A DNA stretch of 64,000 nucleotides, taken from contig MU053934.1 in the NCBI GenBank assembly GCA_013239625.1, forward strand, positions 961,285 through 1,025,284, given 5' to 3'. The first letter of the stretch is position 1. Every line of letters starts with the position of its first letter. Both the position numbers and the translations under genes were made by a program. The DNA is from Lama guanicoe (Eukaryota). Shown in pieces: positions 52,221 to 64,000 of this stretch. Under the pieces are notes generated by a model, which worked only from the letters and a program-made list of their open reading frames with translations, did not search any database and was not told where the DNA came from.

Positions 52221-53474
52221 ACAAATAACAAGAAAATTCCAGCCACTCTGGCCCCAAAGCTTGCAGACTTCTTGCTTTGCCATGGCCATGGTGATCCTCT
52301 CATTTGGTTTAACCATGGAACCAGCACCAAAACTGGCTTGTCAACGCCATAAAGAATGGAAATTTAAATGCAGGTGACCTCAAAAGTGAGCAGGAAACCA
52401 TCAAAATAACAAAATTCTTTTACATTCTTTTCTATTCTCTTTCTTGCCCATGAAGACATTTAACCAGCTCTCAAACCCCTCCTAACACTTAGTTTCCAAA
52501 ATTGAACCTAAGATGAGAAATTTCTTCCTTTAAAGAATTGCCAGCATCGTTCAGGGCACTGGAACTGATTTGGGAAGGAGAAGCAGAATGGCAGAAGCAC
52601 TGATGAGGAAAGGATGGGTCAGGAGGCTCGGGGGAGAGCAACTGAAACAGGTGTGTACATAGCTACACTCCCTGATGGGAAGTAAACTGCTCCCCGGCCG
52701 AGGAGCATGTCTTATTCATCACCAACAGGACTTACTGTAGAATCTAATTTATAGGGGCACTCGGTAAATATTTGTTTAACAAGTAAACTATAAAGGAAAT
52801 ACATTTGGGTCTCACCCTGCTGGCCTAACTCATGAATCTTCACACTTGGGAAAAGGCAATGTTTCTTATCCCATAACTAATTTAGTTCTTTTGTTCGTTT
52901 AATTCACCCATCCATCCAGCCACCGTCCTTCCATTCAAAATCTGACAAACTTGTTTTGATTGCTTAACCTACACCAGCCACCTAGAAGCTATGGTTACAG
53001 ATTTGAATAAGACACTATCCCCACCCTCCAGGGGTGGGAGGGGGCAGGTAGGAGCAGAGTGAAACGGAGCTGGAGAGGTGGGAGGAAGCCAGGCAGTGAA
53101 GGTCTTGGAGAAATACGAGGAAGGATCCGTCTGGTGGAGACGTTTCCTGGACTGGCCAACCACAGGAGCCTTGTTATTGTAGTTGACATGAGTGGCAACC
53201 AGGGAAGCCCCCTTCTGTATTAAGCATAAGGAATAAGGACAGAGTTTGAAGGCAGGAGGATAAAAACAAGGAGCCCCAAATGCAGGCAAATTAAAGAGCA
53301 AAGGGGGTAGTAAAGTATTAAGCAGGAAAAGATCCAAAACAGTACGGACAGTTGAATTGTGTGCCCCACCCTCATCATTATTGGGTGCCGGTGACACGGA
53401 TAAAAGTAGGTCTGTCTGAGATTAAGGTAAAGATCGTGGGCGTCAATAGAGCCTGGGGTGTCTGTTGCCCTAAG

Positions 53475-54090
53475 TGCTGGTAGAAGGCAGAATGCCTCCC
53501 TCTAAAGATGTCTTCGCCCTAATCCTTGGATCCTGCGAATGAATATGTTATGTCACCTGACAAAAGAGACTTAGTTGTAATTAAGTTTATGGACCTTAAG
53601 ATAAGAAGATTATCTCAGATTATCAAGGGACGCAATCTGATCACATGAGCCCTTAAAAGCACAGAAAGGGCTGGAGTAAGAAATGATGACAGATGGAGAA
53701 GTCAGGGATATTTGAAGCAGGAGAGGGACTCAGCCTTCTGTTACCAGAGGAGGAACTACTGGAAAACAGGAGGAGCAGTGCAGGCAGCCTCTAGGGGCAC
53801 TGCCCCCTAGATGATGCCAGTTAGGAAATAGGGGACCTCAGTCTTAACAGCCATAAGGAACTGAATTTGGTGAGCAACCCGAATGGGCTTGGAAGAAGGT
53901 GGATGCCAAGAACCTCCAGAAAGGAAGCAGCTTTCTTGACACTTTGACTGCAGCCCCATGAGAACTAAGCAGAAGACCCGGTGGAGCCGTGTTGCAACAG
54001 GGTTCCACCTATGGAACTTTGAGAAGATAAGTGGGGGTTGTTGTAAGCTGCTATGGTAATTTATCAGGGCAGCAATGGATGACTAATCAC
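53475..54090 (+). mobile_element. MLT1E-like solo LTR
   Basis: ggcagaatgcctcc...ccctaatccttgga...ggacctcagtc...gcagcaatggatgactaa. Confidence 0.75.
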
Positions 54091-54441
54091 TACCTTTAGC
54101 AAGCATTTGTCTCACCGCTGATGAAACAGTGAGTTTCTCCAGAGCAGCGAGTATCTTTCACTGTCCTTGAGGTTAAAGCCCAGACTCTGGAGTTAGACCG
54201 CTGGGTTCAAATCCTGCCTCTGACATGTCACTGCTGGGTGACAGGGGGTCAATCTGTTAATCATTCTGAGTGTGCTCATCACGAATACTTCCTATAGGGC
54301 TGTTTTAAGGAGTAAGTGGGTTGATATTTGTAACTGGAACTGTGCCCTGAACAGAGCAAACACTGAAAATACTCCACTTTATTGTGAAGATGTGTCTGGG
54401 ACGTAGTAGAAGTATTAGATAAACAGCAGGTTTTCTCCTTT

Positions 54442-54820
54442 GGTGGATGCAATGGTTCACCACCTAAATCCTCTCTTTAGGACTGACACACTCTTTTCCC
54501 CTAGATGCTGGGATTGTTGGCTGAAGAGAGCTGCCTCACCCAAGGTCACATCTCCCTGGATCCAATGACTCATTGCTCAGGAGCAGGGCCTGGCTCCCTT
54601 GCCGCAAATTCAGGACAACTCTTAAGGGCCATCCCAGCTTCCGAATCCCCTTGGGATTGGGCACAGCCTCTGTTGCAACATCACAGTGCTTCACCTTTAC
54701 ACTCTGTCCCATCCTACTTCCCTCACTCCCTCAGATACGCCAGTCTCGAGATCATTCCCCAAGAAACCTCCTGCACACACATCTTCATCTCAGAGTTTGT
54801 TTTCCAGTGAATCTGACACA
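54442..54820 (+). mobile_element. LTR16-like ERVL LTR
   Basis: ggctgaagagagctgcctcacccaaggtcac...ctcctgcacacacatcttcatctcagagtttg. Confidence 0.7.
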
Positions 54821-56433
54821 ATGCCCTTCTGCTTTCTCTTTTCCCCTCTTCCTCTTCTTCTTGCTATTTGCAGACTATGCACTATATGCCACAACCTTGT
54901 TCTTAATATTTTTATAAAGCCCTTCTAATCTTTACAGCTCTAACTCAAGGTAGATATTATTTATTGTCTAAAAAAAGGAGGCTAAGGCATTGAGTTGTTA
55001 TCTACCTGCTCAGAGAGCTCCAAGAGGCAAAGCCAGGATGAGAGCTCGAGTACAAAGGAGGATTCAGAGCCAGAGGGACCTTGTCCATCGCATTGAATTG
55101 ACCAAACTGCCTTTGGAGCTTCCCTTTGGGACATGGACTCCATCCTTGCTTGGGTTTGAGTTGACACTCCCTTTGAATGTGGAGTCTTGAGCTACTTTTG
55201 CTGCTTCAGAGGTTACTTCCATGTTTCTTGTCCAAGAGGGTTCTAGTTTGGCCCCAGCATTCTCCTGTGTCCTAAGTAGGAACAGTCGGTGGGCCCTGCA
55301 ACTGAGACCTCACACATCCTGAAGGAGGTTAAAGCTGATCACATGGCATTTTATCTCTAAGGGCACCATGTGATATCCTTCTGGGACTGGAGGCCCTCCT
55401 TTTACGATCAAAGGTCCCTCCCACATATGCACTCAACCCAATCACCTGAGAGGTTTGCCAGACAGGTCAGGGAATGGCCAGTGACTGAACTCTTCCTTGT
55501 CCTAGGTCCTGGCTCTTCCAAAGCAGTGTGGCCAATAAACATGGTCCATAAATTTGTACCCACACAGTCCTTGGGCATGAGTTATAACCTTAAAAGATTA
55601 TCCTGCTTAAACCATAAGCTAGTATTGGAGAAAACTTTCTGTTACAGCGTGTGCATCACAATGTTGCTCATAGAGGCAAAAGAACAAAGGGATAATCTAA
55701 ATGTGCAACCAGAGGAAGGTAGCTAAACAAATGTGAGCAGATAGTATTGTCATAAAAATCATGTTTTCAAATAATATTTAATGGCATGGAAAATGGCTCA
55801 AAATATATGAAGTGAAAAGAATAGGATGGTAAACACTTTCATTGAATTTTGTCACTAATATTTTATATAACATGCTAATAAGAAAAAAAGACAAAAGACA
55901 TCATAGTAGTTATTGGGGGGGGATGTGGAATTATACGTTTTGTTCTTATTTCTTTCTTCATATATGGTATTTTCCAAGTTTTATGCAAATAATGTGAACT
56001 ACTTCTATTATTGAAAAAAGACTATTTAAAAGATACTGTAACAGTCTCCTTTTAAAATTGCTTTCTTTAGGCTAGCAATAAAACACATTTTGGGTCTTAG
56101 AATCCAACTTGGTAAAATTCATGGAGTTTATGAGCATTTCTTGTCTGGGTTTTTGGAATTCATAACCTCAATGTGTCTGGAATGTTTTGTGCTTAATTGT
56201 CAGGCAGTAGTTCAAGGTACTGGATGGATATGTATCCAAGGTGTCCAAATAGTTCTGATTAATGACTATTAAGGTATTCTATGTGACGCACTTCACTAGC
56301 TTGATTTTTTTTGAAAGAATATGAGATCCGTGCAATCACGCAAAAAAAGATTTCACGAATATGAAAATAGCTCATGCCGAGTACTGCCTTAGATATTGAA
56401 GATACAGGGATGAGTATGTTTCCTTTTAAAAAT

Positions 56434-57212
56434 CACAATGCATTCCTTCCCACCCCCTGCCCCCTTGGCAACCACATGTTTGTATTCTATGTCTCTGAGT
56501 CTATTTCTGTTTTGTATTTATGCTTTGTTTGTTTGGGTTTTTTTAGATTCCACATATGAGCGATCTCATATGGCATTTTTCTTTCTCTTTCTGGCTTACT
56601 TCACTTAGAATGACATTCTCCAGGAGCATCCATGTTGCTGCAAACGGCATTACATTGTCAGTTTTTATGGCTGAGTAGTATTCCATCGTATAAATATACC
56701 ACATCTTCTTTATTCAGTCATCTGTTGATGGACATTTAGGCTGTTTCCATGTCTTGGCTATTGTAAACAGTGCTGCTATGGACATTGCGGTGCAGGTGTC
56801 ATTTTGAAGTAGGGTTCCTTCTGGATATATGCCCAGGAGTGGGATTCCTGGGTCATACAGTAAGTCTATTCCTAGTCTTCTGAGGAATCTCCATACTGTT
56901 TTCCACAGCGGCTGCACCAAACTGCATTCCCACCAGCTGTGTAGGAGGGTTCCCTTTTCTCCACAGCCTCTCCAGCATTTGTCATTTGTGGACTTTTTGA
57001 ATGATGGCCATTCTGACTGGAGTGAGGTGATACTGTATAGCACAGGGAAATATATACAAGATCTTGTGGTAGCTCACAGAGAAAAAAAAAGTGACAATGA
57101 ATATATATATGTTCATATATAACTGAAAAATTGTGCTCTACACTGGAATTTGACACAACATTGTAAAATGATTATAAATCAATAAAGAATGTTAAAAAAA
57201 ACACAATGCATT
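56434..57212 (+). mobile_element. Young L1 insertion with 5' inversion, poly(A) and TSD
   Basis: Inverted part ~56445-57030 encodes the ORF2 C-terminus ([33 protein letters not shown]...FTIAKTWKQPKCPS, ORF 56714-57043(-)). Sense 3' end ~57030-57201. TSD CACAATGCATT at 56434-56444 and 57202-57212. Confidence 0.92.
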
Positions 57213-59246
57213 ATGTTAGGTGCCATCAATACCTTACGTACCAAAAATTATGGGAATACAGAGTGGAATAAACAACTCTAGGATTACCAATAAATACTAC
57301 ACGGGGAAAACTATTTTTAACTGGGTTTTGAAGTATAGATAGGAGTTATCTAGACTGAGAAAAATGGGAGATGAACAGTCTAAGAAAAGGTAATAATATG
57401 AGAAGTACAAAGTTGTACAAAATACAGGCTGTGTTAGGAAAATATGTAAACCTGGTGAAATACATGGCTGGAAATAGAAGATAGTCCAGACTGGGAGAGT
57501 ATTTGAATGATGTGTTAAGGAATTTTTATTTCGGTTTTTAAAGGAAATGGGAAATGTTGGATAATTCCAGCCTCAGTATAGCATGTGCATGGGGTTAGAT
57601 GGTTCAGTGATTCAGCATGAATATGCTTAGATTCTAACAGTTTGATGAACTGAATTGACAGAAATACCCTGAGTCACAGTACAATTATCACTATATTTAG
57701 CATCTGCCCTATGTGCTCAGCCATGTTTTAGGCACTGTGAGTAATATGTAAAAATGTTCAAAAATCATTTTTTTCTATTAAGTATATTATAGCTTGACAA
57801 ATATAGGCCACAGAATAGGAATGATGATACTTAAAAAAATGTTATTGGGAGATAAAACCAAAATATATGACTCAATTATAAAAGAATAAAAAACCCCGGG
57901 AATCCTAAAATCCTTCCCCAGTGTCAGTACAATTTAGAACATAATTATGTGTGGACCACTGCTCCCAATAGCAGTAGCCTAGCAATGCAGGCTGCCCAAT
58001 GGACGTGGAGGGAGGTGTGATCCGGGGCCCCCTGAGAAGTCACTTTGTGGGTTTTCAGAACTGCAGCAAGTCCTTCTGTCAATCTTTGTGGAGTGGGGTA
58101 ACTTGGCATAAAGGAAAGTTTCTACAAAGCTTAACATTCAAAGGTAGAGGAAACAAGTGCTCTTGGTTAAAAGGATGGACATGGCGTCTAGACTCTCTTA
58201 GCTCGAATCCAAGCTTTGCGCCGTATACCGGTTCCGCAACCTTTGCAAATTTACTCATCTTTCTATGGCTCCATTTCTTTGTAGAGATAATAATTGTATC
58301 AACAGGATTGTTATGAGGATTCACTATAAAGCCCTTAGAATGGAGCTAGGCACACAGTGAACAACCAATAGATATTAGTAACTACTACTATTATTACTCA
58401 TTTGCTAATGAGCCAGGGAGTCAGAAAAGAAGAGGCTTAGGGAAATGTGACCCCAAGGAAAACACTGGGAGGGAGAGAGTCAGGGAGAAGTGGTCCTGGG
58501 TCTGAGGATCACCCATCCCTCCCTTCTTCCATTCCTCCCATCCTTCTTTCTTTCTTTCTGCAAGTATTTATTGCGTACCTACCATGTGCCAGAAGCTCTT
58601 CTGGATACTATGGAAATTGCAGTGAACAAAACAGTTATAGGTCTGCTTTTAGGGTCCTTATATTCTAGTGAAGGAAACAGAAAAACATACTAATTTAATG
58701 CCAGTTAGTGATTGATGTTCTGAAGAAATTGGATGAATTGGTTGTGGTATTTGTTTCTTGGGAATGGTCCTAATATTGGTAGGGATAGAGAAAGTGCTGG
58801 GCCAGTAGGGAGACAAGTCTACTGTGAGGGGCAACATAGGGTTGTCTAGGAACTGTCCTAGATTGGAAAACCAAGCCTGCACTATAGCCCAAGGGGTATC
58901 TCCTCAGGGTAGTCTTATCAACCAGAGCAACGGCACCATTTGCTCTCAAATTTTGAGCATGGAGCTTCTGGGAATCTCAGAAGGGAGCATCACTTTGGGT
59001 ATTGAGAACTTGTCTGCCTACCGTCTCTCACTGAGTAAGTGTAATCAAGGTGCTAAAAGTCTTCACACATCAGATGACCACCTGCCACGTGAGGATGCCT
59101 CCTGGCAACACCCAGGTCATTTGTGAGCTAGTCTAAAAGACCACCAGATGCCAAGAAGAACGAGGCAAGATGTACCATGGTTTCCTCCCATAGAAGACCA
59201 GGGCATGCGAGTATGATCTATGCCCCCTACTAAACAGGGGACAAAG

Positions 59247-59702
59247 TGTGATGGTTAATTTTATATGTCAGCATGGCTAGGCTGCAGTGCTCAGGTATTT
59301 GGTCAAACACTAGTCTAGATGATGCTGTGAAAATATTTTTTAAATGAGATTAACATTTAAATTAGTGGACACTGAATAAAGCAGGTTACCTTTCACAGGG
59401 TGAGCAAGCTTCATCCATCTCATACACTCTATTTAAGAGAAAAAAGACGGACCTCCCCCAGGGAAGAGGGAATTCTGCCTTCGGTCTGTGTTTAGACTGA
59501 GGCTGCAACATAAACTCTTCCTGGACATCTCACCTGCCAGTCTGCCCTGCAGATGCTGGACTCATCAGCGTCCACAATCATGTGAGCCAATCCCTTAAAA
59601 AAAATCGATCTCTTGGTAGATAGATTTGTAGATTTTATCCATCCACATAAACACATGCACATTCTGTTGGTTCTGAGTCTTTAGAGAACCCGGAATGATG
59701 CA
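59247..59702 (+). mobile_element. MLT2 (ERVL) solo LTR
   Basis: tgtgatggttaattttatatgtca...ttggtcaaacactagtctagatg...ccacaatcatgtgagccaat...ctgttggttctg. Confidence 0.85.
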
Positions 59703-60101
59703 GAGAGGAGTGGACACTTCAATCACATTTGGATAACTCCTGTCTCCTTCTTGGTTTAATCCAGCTGTCACCTCCGAAGTGATGTGTTCCCTAGTGTCTC
59801 AGCCTTGGGGTAGGTGTATTTTCCTCATTATGTAATCATTGTATTCCTATATCTTTCTTAGAGAATTAGGGTCATTTCTCATTCATATTTGCATGCCCAG
59901 TGCCTAGCAGAGATCCTGGCCTCCAGTGGGAAGCTCATGAAACAACGGGACGTGGATGTAACTACTGCTCAGGGCAGGGCTGTGTCCCAGGCATCTTAGT
60001 GCCTGATGGATCGCAAGGCTTTCACTAAATTATAGTTCAACTGAACTAAACTACCTCCTTGTCTACTCCCTATCATGGCTGATTTTGCCTGAGAAGGGGC
60101 G

Positions 60102-60518
60102 TGTTATGGGTTGAATTATGTCCCTCCCCCAACACACAAAAATTTATATGTTGAAGACCTAACCCCTAGTACCTCAGAATGTGACTTTGTTGGAGACCGT
60201 GTCTTTAAAGAAGTAATCAAGTTAAAATAAGTTCATCAAGGTGGGCTTAAAGCAATATGATTGGTGTCCTTATAAAAAGAGGAAATTTGGACATAGAGGG
60301 AAGACTATGTGAAGAGACACAGGTAGAAGACAGCCATGTATAGACTGAGGAGAGAGCCTGGCGCACAATCCCACAGCCATCAGGACAAGCCAACCCTGCT
60401 GACACGTTGATCTTGAATTTCCAGCCTCCAGAACCAGAGCCAGGAGACAATTAATGTCATGTCTCATTTAAGCACTCTATTTATGATACTTTGTTACACA
60501 GCCCAGCAGACTAATACA
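60102..60518 (+). mobile_element. MLT1A/B solo LTR
   Basis: tgttatgggttgaatt...gtacctcagaatgtgac...ttccagcctccagaac...gcagactaataca. Confidence 0.85.
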
Positions 60519-60900
60519 GAGTATGTTCCCACCAACAAATGCACCTTTGTCAGTTCACCCAGGCATCTACCCATGTAGCATCTTCCAAGCCTTTACTGCT
60601 TAAGGGAGGCACTGAAGAGTGAGGTGGCTGAGATGTCACATCTGGACTAGCTTGTTTCCTGTTAGCTTCCGTACTTCTTCTCACAGCTAGAAAATGAATT
60701 ATCTCAAGAGTGATGCCTGGCACATAGTAGGCCTTCAACAAGCATTTGTTGAAGAGAATGAATAAGTGATGGATACGCTCAACGCTGGTGCCTCCCAGCA
60801 CAATAAAACCAACTTTCTGTGTCCTGTCCTGCTCGCTTAGATCAGCCTCTGTAATCCAGCCCAGCCTGTACCTGCTTTGAAGCTGTTATTTATTTCTTAC

Positions 60901-60935
60901 CAGGTGCCCTGATTCATTAGTGGTTTCCATTAAAG
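60901..60935 (-). other. Candidate 35-nt exon
   Basis: tctcttttcaaccatag|CTTTAATGGAAACC...CACCTG|gtaaga; only one frame open (LMETTNESGHL). Confidence 0.2.
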
Positions 60936-60951
60936 CTATGGTTGAAAAGAG

Positions 60952-61280
60952 ACTTTCATTTGAAACCCTCAAGCGTGGTGTTTTTGTTGGCTGGCTTCTC
61001 CTGCTCTGAAATAATTACCTTTTTTTTTTTTTTTGAGGTGTTGAACTCTCTCCTGTTTTTTTCTCCTCCCTGACAGCCTTTTCTTTGATCTTTCTGGAAG
61101 GACTTGCCCAGGCCCACTTTCATTTGAAACCCTCAAGCGTGGTGTTTTTGTTGGCTAGCTTCTCCTGCTCTGAAATAATTACCTTTTTTTTTTTTTTTTG
61201 AGGTGTTGAACTCTCTCCTGTTTGTTTCTCCTCCCTGACAGCCTTTTCTTTGATCTTTCTGGAAGGACTTGCCCAGGCCC
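60952..61280 (+). repeat. Tandem duplication, 2 x ~164 bp
   Basis: Units 60952-61115 and 61116-61280 differ by 2 substitutions and poly(T) length. Confidence 0.95.
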
Positions 61281-62099
61281 ATTTAGTAATGCCAGAGGAT
61301 CTTAAAGGAAAATAAATCATTGACTATTGATGCTGAAAAAGACCCTGGGAGATGCTTTTGTTCGAACCCTTTCAGTGAGGTCACAGTTTTCAAAATAAGC
61401 CATGTGAATGGTAGTAGCAGCAATAATTTCAAAAAAGAAGAAAGGAAGGAAAAGCATTTGTTTTGGCTTTGCCGTTTGCAAAGAATTTTCATTCACGTGA
61501 TTTTATTTCATACAGTACCTTATACAGAGTGCGATAAACTTGGAGCATAAACAGGACCCCCGGTCCTGGTGTCAGGGGGCCTCGGTTCGAATTCTGGTGT
61601 TGCCACTTCTCTTCTGCTGTGACTTTGGGCAAGTCACCGCATCCTTAAGAGCCTTTGTTTCCCCAACTATAAAATGGGGATGAAGGCCCCTCAATACAGA
61701 AAGATGAAGAATGCAAAAGATCTTTAAAAATGGTAATGTTCTACCAAACTATAACATAGGGTAAGATTTTACTTCAGCTTTTCCTAGTTGATTTTTAAAT
61801 GTTGTTGTCAGCAAAACAGGGACAAGTTTGTTTTTTTTTAAGGCAATTTATTTTTAAGCGAGAAATGAGTAAATTCGTGCTTAACTACATAAGGTGCCAC
61901 TTGAACTCAAAATGGGCAGCTTAATATATCAGAGATGCCACTCATATCACAGCATTCATTAATATGGCCCTGAAATTTGAGACGTGTTAGTATGGGAACA
62001 TGTCTCCTCCACAGCTAAGCTGCTTTTTTAAAGGAATACTTTGTTCTTTACTCATTTTTGTGTGTTTTTTTTTAAACTCTTTCTGGTTATAAAAAAAAA

Positions 62100-63480
62100 G
62101 TTCACTTGTTCATTGACTCAACACTATTTTATTTGTTCCTGTGCTGAGTTACCAGTTGAGGCCCTGGGGAATATAGTGAGTGCAAAAACCCAAATTCCTG
62201 CCCTTGTGAGGCTCACATTTTAGGCGGAGGAAATGGATGGTATATAAAGTAATGTAGAGTAGACCAGATGATAATATACCTTATGGAGAAAAATGAAAAA
62301 TGGTAGAAGGTGAAGCAAGGCTTAAAGGTAAATTGTGGGACATAGAAGCACTGCACTAAGCAGAGAAAGTGAGGGAGAAGCCGGGGGATACCTGAGGGAA
62401 GGGCACCTCGGCAGAGGGAACAGCAAGTGCAAAGGTTAAGAGACACGATCGTATTTAGACGTCTGGGGAGCAGCAGGGAGGTCAGGTGACTAAAGTTAGG
62501 TGGGGGAGAGGAGTAGGTTATGAGGTCTGAGTGACATGATCTTGAACTTGGGAGTGGAAGAAATGACCCACAAGGTCATGTAGGACCTTGTAAACAATTC
62601 TGCATGGATGTTGTCCTTTATTTTGAGTAAGAAGAAAACTTGTTGGAAAGTTTTGAGTCGAGGACTGTTAATGATTCAATTTACGTATGTAGAGGATCAC
62701 TTCAGCTCCTGTGTGGAAAATAAACCATAGGAGGAAGGAGTAGAAACAAGGAAGCTATTGCACACTCACTCCTGAAGATGAAGGAGGCGTGGGCTAGTGT
62801 GATCGCGGTAGAGGTGACCAGAAGTGGTTCGTGATTGTCAGAATAGGCTCCGAGTTGCCACAGTAACAAAGGTGGCATCGAACAACAAAGGTTTATTTCT
62901 TGTTGAAGTACATCTGCTTTGGGGAATGTCTGTGGCTCTGACTCATGTCATTTTTACTCCAAGATGCGGGCTGGCAAGATAGTTTCCATCTGAAACAGTG
63001 GCAGCTGTAAAAGAGAGACTGGTCAAAGCAAGTCACAGAACTGCTTCTGAGTTCAACAAGGCAAAGATGAAAACTTCTCCTGCAGGTAGCAGCGTCACAG
63101 GGAAAGAAGTGTGGATGGTTGGAGAATAGTTGTGTAATCCACCACATGGTCAAATTCAGGTTCTACTTCGAAGGTAGAGGCAACAGATTTGCTATGGATT
63201 GGACCTGAGCTAGTGATAAAAAGAAACGAGTAAAGAATGACCTCCAGGAACTGGCCTAACCCAAGGGGAGGATGGAGTTATTATTTTCTAAGACAAACGT
63301 GATTGTGGGAGGAGTAGGTTTGGGGCATGCTAAGCTCAAAGAGCTACTCATTAGACGTCCAAGTACAGATGTCAAGGATGCAGCTGAATATGCAAGTCTG
63401 AAGTTTGAAGGTGTAGTTCACACTGATGACATTAGCTTGGGAGTCACGTTCAGTGTAGAAAGCATGGAAAATACATAAAA
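62100..63480 (-). mobile_element. L2 fragment interrupted by an old MLT1-like LTR (~62832-63140)
   Basis: gcagagggaacagcaagtgcaaagg; ggatcacttcagctcctgtgtgga; tattttctaagac...ttagacgtccaagt. Confidence 0.65.
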
Positions 63481-63513
63481 GAGTGGGACAAAAAAAGAGA
63501 AAAAAACATACAG

Positions 63514-64000
63514 AACAGCTTTCTTGAGGTATAACTGACACACAAGAAACTGTACATAATAAGTGTGCACAACTTGATGAGTTAGACACATGCAAACACC
63601 TGAGGTACCATCGCCACAGTCGAGGTAATAGACGTACCCAACACATCCCAGCGTTTCCTGGTGTCTTTTTGTTCGTGTTCTGCTTTGTTTCATTTTTGTC
63701 GTACTTAACACAACATGAGATCTATCTTCTTAACAAGCTGTGAAGTGCGCGGTGCTGTATTGTTAACCCACGTTGTGCAGCAGGTCTCTAGAACTTTTTC
63801 ATCTAGGGTGACTAAAATTTTATATTCATTGCATGATAATTCTTCATCCCTCCCAGCTCCTAGTTGCTGGGAATGACTATTCATTCTGTGTCTGTGAATT
63901 GGACTATTTTGGATGCTTACATAAGTGGAATCATACTTATATAAGTATTTGTCCTGTGACTGGATTATTTCACTTAGTATATTATCCTCCAGGTTCACCT
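63514..64000 (-). mobile_element. L1MB/MA-type 3' end, continuing past the window edge
   Basis: acagctttcttgaggtataactgaca...cataagtggaatcatac...atttcacttagtatattatcctccaggttca. Confidence 0.85.

Noticed and set aside
1..64000. CRISPR arrays, rRNA/tRNA genes, prokaryotic operons, intact ERV or transposase ORFs
   Set aside because: None seen; the sequence is repeat-rich mammalian DNA with solo LTRs and non-autonomous elements only

Overview
Mammalian non-coding (intergenic or large-intron) DNA, most likely camelid, judged from recall of the young L1 3' end seen at 630-815 and 56445-57201. Much of it is interspersed repeat: L1, L2, L3/CR1, MIR, MLT1/MLT2/LTR16-type and ERV1-like solo LTRs, and MER20/MER33/MER58/MER5/Tigger5/MADE2 DNA transposons. 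Family names come from recalled consensus similarity, not a database search, and repeat boundaries are approximate. No ORF in the track is a recognisable host gene, and the only ORFs with clear homology are L1 ORF2 remnants. Directly visible structure: (1) a 1.3-kb segment present in two near-identical copies plus a partial third around a 640-N gap; (2) two twin-priming (5'-inverted) L1 insertions with TSDs; (3) a 164-bp tandem duplication; (4) an older ~210-bp local duplication flanked by a 21-bp direct repeat. Speculatively, several very small minus-strand exon-like units (35, 18, 31, 4 and 19 nt) join into one open frame, and three of them lie inside the duplicated segment. I did not find a clearly supported novel biological system.
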